Below the pieces are notes generated by a model, which had not been told where the DNA came from, searched no databases, and was given only the letters and a program-made list of their open reading frames with translations. The position numbers were made by a program, and so were the translations under genes. Below are positions 56,630 to 64,000 of a DNA stretch of 64,000 nt, in pieces (within the stretch, counting starts at the first letter, position 1; each line of letters begins with the position of its first letter). The DNA comes from Acidobacteriota bacterium (lineage in GTDB: Bacteria > Acidobacteriota > UBA6911 > RPQK01 > JAJDTT01): contig OZ242374.1 in assembly GCA_965209055.1 (NCBI GenBank), forward strand, positions 864,001 to 928,000. Direction: 5' to 3'.

Positions 56630-57190
56630 GTGAAATACGCCAATCAGATCAACACCGCCCTGGTCGCCGCTTCGGCCCTGTTCGTCGTCTACATTCTGAC
56701 TCAGACCTATTGGAGCACCGATCCGGCCGAGGAGATCGTGCATCCCATACGCCAGGAGGGAAACCCGGCCGAGAGCCTCTCGCCCGAGGTGTCGATGCCG
56801 GGCCCGGAACGCCGGAGTCCGGCGCCCGGAAGGCTTCCTCGGCCCGGATCGGAGACGGCCCCGGTCGAGTCGCCGGCCACGAGTTCGACCACGCCGCCGC
56901 CGGCCGCGGTCGTTGGAAGTCCGGTCCGGCGGCTGGGAGGCCGGCCCCAGACGGCGGCGCCTCGCGGATTGACGCCAACTCCATCCCGGACGACGCCGTT
57001 GAGCCGGTCCCCGGCTTCGCGGACGTCCCGGGTTCCTCCCGTCACGCCTCCCTCCGGCAGTCGTCCGGCTCGACCCTTGATGCGGCCTCCCCGGAATATC
57101 GTCCCCGAAGAGAAGCGGCAGACCGGCGACCCGGCGCCCACTCCGCCCGTGCGATCATCCGCACCGGAACAGCGCCTGCCTGGTCCCTGA
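56630..57190 (+). CDS. Membrane-anchored Pro/Arg-rich hypothetical protein
   Basis: N-terminal hydrophobic helix then low-complexity tail; TGgTAAGCT -10 and GGGAG upstream. Confidence 0.6.
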   Translation: MKYANQINTALVAASALFVVYILTQTYWSTDPAEEIVHPIRQEGNPAESLSPEVSMPGPERRSPAPGRLPRPGSETAPVESPATSSTTPPPAAVVGSPVRRLGGRPQTAAPRGLTPTPSRTTPLSRSPASRTSRVPPVTPPSGSRPARPLMRPPRNIVPEEKRQTGDPAPTPPVRSSAPEQRLPGP

Positions 57191-57214
57191 TCCTCGCCGG
57201 GAGACCATCCCGAA

Positions 57215-58561
57215 TCAGCCTTGCCGAAGGGCTTGGACCGGATCGACCCGGCTGGCGCGATTGGCCGGGATGACTCCCGATAGAAGGCTCAACCCAACCG
57301 CAAAACCGATGGCGCCCGCAACCAGCCAAAGTGGGTAGGCAAAAAGGTCGGGAGGATTCAGAATCTCGTGACTCCGGAAGTAGCGGTCGATGAACACCGT
57401 CGCGACCCGAGTCAGAGTCCAGCCCGCGAGGAGGCCCATAACGCCGCCTGAAAAACCGATCAGACCCGCCTCCGCCAGGAAAATCCGGCGCACGTCCCGG
57501 TCGGTTCCTCCGATGGCCTTCATGATGCCGATGACTTGGCGGCGTTCCATGACCGAAATGATCAGGACGTTGGCGATGCCCAAGGAGGCGACGAGCATGG
57601 CGATTCCGCCCAGGACGCCAAGGACCACCTCAAGCACCAGAAAGGCCTCCTGGATTCGTTTCATCTGGTCGACGATGGCGAACGTCGCCGCTCCCCACGA
57701 CCGAACCTCCTCCCGAACCCGCTCCAGACTCACCAGATCCGCCACTCGCACGTCGATGCTGTCGTATTCCCGTCCCCGCCCCTCTTCCAATGAGGTCAGG
57801 CCTGACATGGAAGCCATCCCGCTCGCGTTCTCCTTCCAGAGCCGCCGCGCCTCGTCCAGGGGGACGACCACACCCCGGAAAAACGGATTGGTCTGATTGG
57901 GAAGCAGGCGCGGCAGGACGCCGACCACCTGAAAGTCGAGTCGAACCGTCTCGAAGGGGAGGTCCCCGTCGGCGACGTCCTGCTTGAGACGATCGGTCAG
58001 GAGCTGGATGGTCTCCCCAACGGCTTGTTCCGGGGGCTCGAAGCCCAGCCTGCGGGCCACCCGGCCGGTAAGGACAATCTCGTCGCCGTTGGTGCCGGAG
58101 AGAAACCGGCCATGAGTGATCTTCGAATAGGGGGACAGGGGGGCCACGTGCGGACCGGCGCCGCGAACCCGGGTCAGGTGAACATTTTCACCGTGCTCCA
58201 GACGAGCCGCGAACCGTATGTCCGGCTGCACGCTGACCACACCATCCAGGGCGGCGACTCTCCGAACCAGGTCTTCGTCCAGAACCGGCCGGGGGCGGGA
58301 GGCGGCCGTGTTCGGGTCCGGGTCAGGATCTCGAAATCGCCGGAAGCTCTGGGCCCGGCCCGGCCCCAGAATCTGGAAGGAGGTGAAGACCTCCCGAACC
58401 TCCAGGTTCTCCACCGTCTGCTGCCGCAGCCCGGCTCCGAAACTCACCAGGGCCACCAGAGTGGAGATGGCGATGAGAACCCCCAGGCAAGTCAGGACGA
58501 AGCGGAGGCGCGCCTGTCCGATGTTGCTCCAAGCCATCTGCAGGACGTCTCGCCAGGGCAT
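57215..58561 (-). CDS. MacB/FtsX-type ABC permease
   Basis: RFVLTCLGVLIA, GIANVLIISVMERRQVIGIMKAIG, PANRASRVDPVQALR; TAATG coupling to the ATPase. Confidence 0.92.
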   Translation of the reverse strand: MPWRDVLQMAWSNIGQARLRFVLTCLGVLIAISTLVALVSFGAGLRQQTVENLEVREVFTSFQILGPGRAQSFRRFRDPDPDPNTAASRPRPVLDEDLVRRVAALDGVVSVQPDIRFAARLEHGENVHLTRVRGAGPHVAPLSPYSKITHGRFLSGTNGDEIVLTGRVARRLGFEPPEQAVGETIQLLTDRLKQDVADGDLPFETVRLDFQVVGVLPRLLPNQTNPFFRGVVVPLDEARRLWKENASGMASMSGLTSLEEGRGREYDSIDVRVADLVSLERVREEVRSWGAATFAIVDQMKRIQEAFLVLEVVLGVLGGIAMLVASLGIANVLIISVMERRQVIGIMKAIGGTDRDVRRIFLAEAGLIGFSGGVMGLLAGWTLTRVATVFIDRYFRSHEILNPPDLFAYPLWLVAGAIGFAVGLSLLSGVIPANRASRVDPVQALRQG

Positions 58562-59286
58562 TATTGTTCTCCCGGGTTTCCGTTGCCGTCGGCGTGGCTC
58601 GTCCCCAGCCGTTCCGCGCGGAACAGGCGGCCATCCCTCAACTCGATCACGCGGTCCAGGCATTCCCCCCAGAGATCCTGCTCATGGGTGACGCAGATCA
58701 CGGTGCGTCCCTCCTGGTGGAGCCGCTTGAATATTTCCAGGATCTCATTGGCGGTGGCGCTGTCCAGATTTCCGGTGGGCTCGTCGGCGAGCAGAAACTG
58801 GGGATCGTTGGCGAGTGAACGGGCGATGGAGACCCTTTGCTGCTCGCCGCCGGAGAGTTGGGAGGGGACGTGGTCCAGCCGGTGGGAGAGCCCCACGCTG
58901 TCCAGTAGAAACCTGGCCTTCTCCGCCCGCGTGCCGGGACCCAGACCGGTGAACGCCATGGGCAGTTCCACGTTCTGGAGGGCGGTCAGGGTCGGAACCA
59001 GGTGAAAGAACTGAAAAACCATTCCCACGGTGTGCTGGCGATGGTGAGCCAATTGGTCGGGACTCATTTGGGCGAGATCCCGCTCGCCGACCCAGAGCGA
59101 GCCCGAGCTGGGGCGGTCCAGCCCCGCCAGCAGGTTGAGCAGGGTCGACTTCCCGGAACCGGATCGTCCGACCACCCCCAGAAACTCGCCCGGAAAGACT
59201 TCCAAGGAGACTCCATCCAAGGCCCGGACCACCCGCTCTCCCATGGGGTAGTCCTTGGTGAGGTTCTCTATTCTCAATGATTCCAC
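58561..59286 (-). CDS. ABC transporter ATP-binding protein (LolD/MacB-like)
   Basis: GRSGSGKST, LSGGEQQR, LADEPTGNLD, VTH; start GTG 59286. Confidence 0.93.
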   Translation of the reverse strand: MESLRIENLTKDYPMGERVVRALDGVSLEVFPGEFLGVVGRSGSGKSTLLNLLAGLDRPSSGSLWVGERDLAQMSPDQLAHHRQHTVGMVFQFFHLVPTLTALQNVELPMAFTGLGPGTRAEKARFLLDSVGLSHRLDHVPSQLSGGEQQRVSIARSLANDPQFLLADEPTGNLDSATANEILEIFKRLHQEGRTVICVTHEQDLWGECLDRVIELRDGRLFRAERLGTSHADGNGNPGEQ

Positions 59287-59395
59287 AGCGCGCGTATTGT
59301 GACCGATTTCTGCTCGTCGTGCCCAAATTTCGTGCCGGAGCGGCCCTTGGTGTCCACTTGCAAGATCTCGTCCGTTGGTCCAGCATCGTAGCCCC

Positions 59396-60256
59396 ATGAG
59401 ACGCGCCTGCACCGCCCTGGGACTGTGGCTGGTCATCGTTATCGCTCCCGCTCCGGGGTCGAGCCGGGTCCTGGAACGAAAGGACCTCCCTTACCACGAA
59501 GGGCCCGGCGCTCACGCCAGCAAGCACCGGCTGAACCTCTACCTTCCGTCCGCAAGCGAGGGGCATCCGGTGCTGGTGTTCGTCCACGGCGGTTCCTGGA
59601 AACGGGGCGACAAGGACGCCTACGGGGGGGCCTACGGCGCCATGGGCCGGAGCCTGGCCGCCGAGGGACTCGCCGTCGCGGTGATCAACTACCGCCTCAC
59701 GCCGGAGGTGCGCCACCCCGAGCACGCCCGGGACGTGGCGCGAGCCGTCAGTTGGGTCCACAAAAACGCCTCACTGTACGGATGGAACGCCCGCAAGATC
59801 GTTCTCGTGGGGCACTCGGCCGGCGCGCACCTCTGCTCCCTGACCGCGCTGGACGCTATGTATCTGAAGGAGCACGGACTGACCCCGGACATCATCGGCG
59901 GAGTGGTGGGCGTCAGCGGCATTTACGATCTGACCCGGCTCGGCGTGACCGGGCAGCTCCTGTTCCAGGATGTCTTCGGAGTCCGGGACGAGCAGCTCCA
60001 GTCCGCTTCTCCGGCCCTCCGCGTGCAGGGCAAACCGGCGCCTTTCCTCCTGCTCTATGCCGACAGGGACTTGCCCACGTTCGACTATCAAGCCCGGCGT
60101 CTCGAGGGCGCCCTCGGCGACGCGGGAGGAACGGTTCGGAGCGTGGAGATACCGGACCGCAACCACGGGAACATCATCGCCGGACTGGGTCGCAAGGGCG
60201 ATCCGGTCCGGGATGAAGTCCTCCGCTTCCTGAAGGAACTCTTCCCTTCCGGATAG
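59396..60256 (+). CDS. Exported alpha/beta hydrolase (esterase, HGG family)
   Basis: VHGGSW, NYRL, GHSAGAHL, RNH. Confidence 0.9.
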   Translation: MRRACTALGLWLVIVIAPAPGSSRVLERKDLPYHEGPGAHASKHRLNLYLPSASEGHPVLVFVHGGSWKRGDKDAYGGAYGAMGRSLAAEGLAVAVINYRLTPEVRHPEHARDVARAVSWVHKNASLYGWNARKIVLVGHSAGAHLCSLTALDAMYLKEHGLTPDIIGGVVGVSGIYDLTRLGVTGQLLFQDVFGVRDEQLQSASPALRVQGKPAPFLLLYADRDLPTFDYQARRLEGALGDAGGTVRSVEIPDRNHGNIIAGLGRKGDPVRDEVLRFLKELFPSG

Positions 60257-60267
60257 CCGCCGGCACC

Positions 60268-60861
60268 ATGGTCGCAAAAAATCCGATCGTGCCCGGCCGC
60301 CTCCTCTGGTCGGGAGAACACTGGATCTGCTTCCTGCGTGCGCCCGGAACCTGCAAGGACACGGCTCGAGTGAGCCTCTACCGGTCCCACTACAGCCCCG
60401 CAGGCGAGGGGCACGTGGCGTTCGTGGCCGTTCCCGGCCGGTTCCAGGCGGTCCTGACTGACAACCCTGCCTTTCTGGAGTTCGTCCGGGAGACCATGTT
60501 TCGAGGGAAGGCGCCGCCCTTCGACCCCTGCCTTCCGGTCGTGGATGCCGTTTTTCGCCGGGGCGGCGAATTAAACGAGTCGCCGTTATGGAATATGGAG
60601 ACTCGCGACCATCATCTGAATGTGACCTGGACCCGGCTGGAGCCTCCCGCGGTGGCTTATCGGGATGATCCGGAACTTCAGCGCCGGAGACCCGTTTTTA
60701 CGGTTCTTTTCTTTTGCCGGGGCGCGCGCGTCCTGCTGGATGGACGCCGCATTGACGGAGCCCCCTACCCGCGAAGCATCTGGCGGGAAGCGCTGGGAGG
60801 CGGAGACCGGAGTTCCTGCGTCTTCGCCATCGCCGAAACCATGATCCGGCCCCCCGATTGA
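60268..60861 (+). CDS. Hypothetical protein
   Basis: Fills the gap co-directionally, normal composition; no recognised motif. Confidence 0.6.
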   Translation: MVAKNPIVPGRLLWSGEHWICFLRAPGTCKDTARVSLYRSHYSPAGEGHVAFVAVPGRFQAVLTDNPAFLEFVRETMFRGKAPPFDPCLPVVDAVFRRGGELNESPLWNMETRDHHLNVTWTRLEPPAVAYRDDPELQRRRPVFTVLFFCRGARVLLDGRRIDGAPYPRSIWREALGGGDRSSCVFAIAETMIRPPD

Positions 60862-60959
60862 GCGGATCACCAAAGGTTCACGGGCAATGAACCATTTCGA
60901 CCCGGTGACGGTCTAAACTATTAAGCGCCTGATGGTATAGTCTGATGGGAAGCCTGATC

Positions 60960-61487
60960 ATGATGCTTAGACTAGTCCTCATTGCCCTCTTTCTCCTCCA
61001 ACCCCTGGCTGCCGAGAAGAAGGCCGACACCGGGGCGCCCAAAGGGACCGCAACCGTCGAGAAGACCGGGCTTTTCAAATTACACGGGTTTTCTCTGGGA
61101 GCCGGAGCCAGCTACAGCCGGTTTCGCTACTACCCCCCGTTCGGGTACTTCCCCTACTACTCCTACTGGGGCAGGTACCCGTACCACCACTTGACCGGCG
61201 CCTGGGCCTACCCCGATTTCTACCATCCCGCTTACTTCGCGGGCTACGGACGAACCGCCCGGGGTGGCCGCATCAAGTTGAAGACGAAACACAAGGAGGC
61301 GAGCGTCTACCTGGACGGCGCCTTCGCCGGCCTGGCCAAGGACCTCAAGGATATCTGGCTGGAACCGGGCGTGTACCAGTTGAAGGTGGAACCCGATCGG
61401 GTCGCGCCCTTCGAGATCCGGGTCTATGTGCTGACGGGCAAGACGGTACGGATTGAACCCAATTTCCAGGAAAGATCCCAGGAGTAG
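60960..61487 (+). CDS. Exported PEGA-domain protein with Tyr/Gly/Pro-rich segment
   Basis: Signal peptide; ASVYLDGAFAG..LEPGVYQLKVE. Confidence 0.8.
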   Translation: MMLRLVLIALFLLQPLAAEKKADTGAPKGTATVEKTGLFKLHGFSLGAGASYSRFRYYPPFGYFPYYSYWGRYPYHHLTGAWAYPDFYHPAYFAGYGRTARGGRIKLKTKHKEASVYLDGAFAGLAKDLKDIWLEPGVYQLKVEPDRVAPFEIRVYVLTGKTVRIEPNFQERSQE

Positions 61488-61490
61488 ACT

Positions 61491-62246
61491 ATGAAAAAGT
61501 CGATTCAATTCCTTTCCGTTGCGCTGCTCTCCGTGAATCTCGTCGTCCCCAATTCGGCGGGCACTCGTCCGTTGAGCAATGTCAGGAAATATCCCGTCTC
61601 CGTCGAGAAGGACGCCTACAGCTTGGGCGCCCGGCTGCTCAGCGAGAAGGAGGTCCTGCAGAACTTTGTCACTCCCCTGAAGGACCAATACGTCGTAGTG
61701 GAAGTGGCAATGTACCCCGGCGTCAACGACATCGAGGTGGACAACCGGGACTTCGTACTCCGGATTGACGGTTTTGACCGGTCGTTCCGTCCCCAGGAGC
61801 CAAGCCGGATCGCCATCGGCCAGCAGCGGACGACGACCAAGCCCAAGAGGCAGGTCGGCATCGTCCCGTACGGCAACATCGAATACGAGAGGGGTCGAGG
61901 CCACTACCCCGATCACCGGCGTTTCCCCAGGCGCAGTGATCGGCGCGACGTCGAGGACCCCGACTGGGATCGCCGCGATCGCGATCGGAACCGCGGCTAC
62001 GGCGGCCTACGGACTGTCGTGGGGGTCGGCGTTGTGCTCGACCGTCAGCCCCAGCCCTCCAGCGACCAGGATCGGTACGTCATGGAGACGGAACTGCACG
62101 ACAAGAGTCTTCCTCAAGGGTTCGTGGGATCGCCGGTCGCCGGCCACCTCTACTTCGCAGTCGGGGAGTACAAGAAGAAGGTGAAGCACCGGCTGGAATA
62201 CCGCGGAAACGGAGAATCGGTCACCGTGGTCCTTCCCGGGAAATAG
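61491..62246 (+). CDS. Exported hypothetical protein
   Basis: Signal peptide; paralog of the next gene (YxVVEVAxYP, KxLPQG, PVAGxLYF). Confidence 0.75.
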   Translation: MKKSIQFLSVALLSVNLVVPNSAGTRPLSNVRKYPVSVEKDAYSLGARLLSEKEVLQNFVTPLKDQYVVVEVAMYPGVNDIEVDNRDFVLRIDGFDRSFRPQEPSRIAIGQQRTTTKPKRQVGIVPYGNIEYERGRGHYPDHRRFPRRSDRRDVEDPDWDRRDRDRNRGYGGLRTVVGVGVVLDRQPQPSSDQDRYVMETELHDKSLPQGFVGSPVAGHLYFAVGEYKKKVKHRLEYRGNGESVTVVLPGK

Positions 62247-62290
62247 AACCAGCCTTTGCCGGCTTGGCCAACGGCCTCAAGCAAATAACG

Positions 62291-62998
62291 ATGAAACCGT
62301 TGATTCGATACCTTTCCGTTTCTCTGCTCTGCGGCGTCTTCGGCTGGGCAAGCACGGACGGAACTCGTCCTCGGAGCACGGTCGACAAGTATCCCGCCGC
62401 CGTTGAGAAGAAGGGTTACCGTCTGGGCGCCCGGCTACTCAGCGATCTGGAGGTCCTGCAGACCTTCTCGACTCCCCTGAAAGGGAAATACGCCGTCGTG
62501 GAAGTGGCTCTCTACCCCGACAAGTCCGGCATTTCGGTGGACAACGGGGATTTCCTGCTTCAGGTGTCCGGCAAGGACCAGGTCTTCCGCCCCCAGGAAC
62601 CGGGGATGATCGCAGCCGGTCTGCAGCGGAAAGCCTCGACAACCAGGAGAACCGGTGTGGTTTCTTCGGGAACCATCGGATACGAATCGCGCCGGGAACG
62701 CTATCCGGAAGCCTATCCCGGCCGCCGGGGCCGCAATGACGACATCAGGTCCGGCGGCCCCCGCACCACGATCGGGATCGGAGTACTGCGCGACCGAAGC
62801 CCACGGCCCTCCACCGGCCGGGACCGGCAGGTCATGAAGACGGAATTGGAGGACAAGGGTCTTCCCCAGGGCTTCACCGGGTCACCGGTCGCCGGCTACC
62901 TCTACTTCGCAGTCGGAAAGTTCCGCAAGAAGGCGGAGCACCGGCTCGAATACGTTGGAACCGGGGAGACCACTGTCCTGGTCCTTCCCGAAAAATAG
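62291..62998 (+). CDS. Exported hypothetical protein, tandem paralog
   Basis: Signal peptide; GTRPxS..KYP, LGARLLS, SPVAGYLYFAVG. Confidence 0.75.
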   Translation: MKPLIRYLSVSLLCGVFGWASTDGTRPRSTVDKYPAAVEKKGYRLGARLLSDLEVLQTFSTPLKGKYAVVEVALYPDKSGISVDNGDFLLQVSGKDQVFRPQEPGMIAAGLQRKASTTRRTGVVSSGTIGYESRRERYPEAYPGRRGRNDDIRSGGPRTTIGIGVLRDRSPRPSTGRDRQVMKTELEDKGLPQGFTGSPVAGYLYFAVGKFRKKAEHRLEYVGTGETTVLVLPEK

Positions 62999-63114
62999 AC
63001 CGACCCGGCCACTTGACGGCCCGGCGGCGCACTTGCGCCCCACCGCCGGACGTCCCTTCTCAATATCATCTTCTTCATACCGGGTTTCGTACTTCTTGCT
63101 GTTAGGATTGTGCA

Positions 63115-63999
63115 ATGGAATCCGTGCCCTGGAAGGTTTCTCTTCACGGCGGACACAGCGGCGCCTTTTGCGATCACGCCGAAGGGACTCTCCAGCAGAT
63201 TCTGGAAGCCGCGGTGGCGCAGCAGATGTCGGTATTCGGGATCTCGGAGCACGCTCCCCGTCTGGGAGAACGCTTCCTCTATACCCGGGAAATCGAATTG
63301 GGATGGGACGTCCCCAAGCTGGAGCGGGACTTTCAAGCCTACCGATTGGCGCTGGACCCCCTGGTTCGCGAGTTCAGTCCCCGTCTGCAGGTCCTGAGAG
63401 GTTTCGAAGCCGAGGTCGTCCCCAGTGCGACCTATGCCGACGTCATGCGCCGTTACCGGTCGGACATGGACTTCGACTACATGGTGGGTTCCGTCCACTT
63501 CGTGGGGGAAATCATTATCGACGGCGAGCCCGCAGATTTCGAACGCGCCCTGAACCGGGCCGGCGGGCTCGAAGACCTGGCGGTCCTTTACTACGAGGGA
63601 GTCGCTCGAATGGTCGAGGCGCTCCGGCCCGAGGTGGTGGGGCATCTCGACCTGATCCGAAAGAACGGCCGGAACTACGGCCCGCTGGATACACCGGCCA
63701 TCCGGCGGTCGGCCCGCCAGGCCCTGGAGGTGATCCGGCGCCATGGCTGCATCCTGGATCTCAACACGGCCGGATACCGGAAGGGTTTGGGATGCCCCTA
63801 CCCCGAGCCGTGGCTGTTGCGGCAAGCCCATGAAATGGGCATCGGCGTCTGTTTCGGCGACGACAGTCACGGCCCCCACCAAGTGGGCGCCGGCATCGAG
63901 GAGGCCCGCCTCTACCTGCTGGACAACGGCGTTTCCGAGATCCGGACGCTGGCCAGGGAAGGGGACCGGGTGGTCCGCAGATCCATCCCGCTTCGCTGA
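63115..63999 (+). CDS. PHP-family histidinol-phosphatase (HisJ/HisK-like)
   Basis: HGGHSGAFCDHA, ISEHAP, GFEAE, VGSVH, GHLDLIRK, NTAG, GDDSH. Confidence 0.88.
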   Translation: MESVPWKVSLHGGHSGAFCDHAEGTLQQILEAAVAQQMSVFGISEHAPRLGERFLYTREIELGWDVPKLERDFQAYRLALDPLVREFSPRLQVLRGFEAEVVPSATYADVMRRYRSDMDFDYMVGSVHFVGEIIIDGEPADFERALNRAGGLEDLAVLYYEGVARMVEALRPEVVGHLDLIRKNGRNYGPLDTPAIRRSARQALEVIRRHGCILDLNTAGYRKGLGCPYPEPWLLRQAHEMGIGVCFGDDSHGPHQVGAGIEEARLYLLDNGVSEIRTLAREGDRVVRRSIPLR

Positions 64000-64000
64000 T

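Noticed and set aside
63021-63049. GC hairpin with a GTGG end after the paralog pair
   Set aside because: Single copy with different geometry from the REP family; cannot be told apart from a terminator

Overview
High-GC bacterial chromosome segment, probably Acidobacteriota (inferred from an Oar-type TonB receptor with a carboxypeptidase-regulatory-like N-terminus, an acidobacterial-type VWA protein and a PEGA protein). It holds about 53 protein genes and one initiator tRNA-Met. Content is dominated by exported catabolic enzymes: six BNR/Asp-box sialidase-like propellers, two other GH-like propellers, three GH-like TIM barrels, a sulfatase, TauD, CocE/NonD and a GGT-family enzyme, plus three TonB receptors and an SSS symporter. 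Housekeeping genes include thiI, a CCA-adding enzyme, mrp/apbC, arsC and a HisJ-type phosphatase. Small accessory modules are a HigBA-like pair, an orphan HEPN gene and an AAA+DUF4143 gene broken by a stop. The clearest non-coding structure is a dispersed GTAG/GTGG-like REP palindrome family, present as singles, inverted pairs and 4-copy tandem arrays, some inside coding 3' ends. Other points of interest: two in-frame TAA stops, a tandem 22-bp operator-like pair, several probably leaderless genes, repeated paralog duplications, an in-frame split Mrp/DUF971 pair and a divergent HPPD/VOC-like protein. No CRISPR, integrase, transposase or reverse transcriptase was found. All product calls come from motif recognition by eye; no database search was run.
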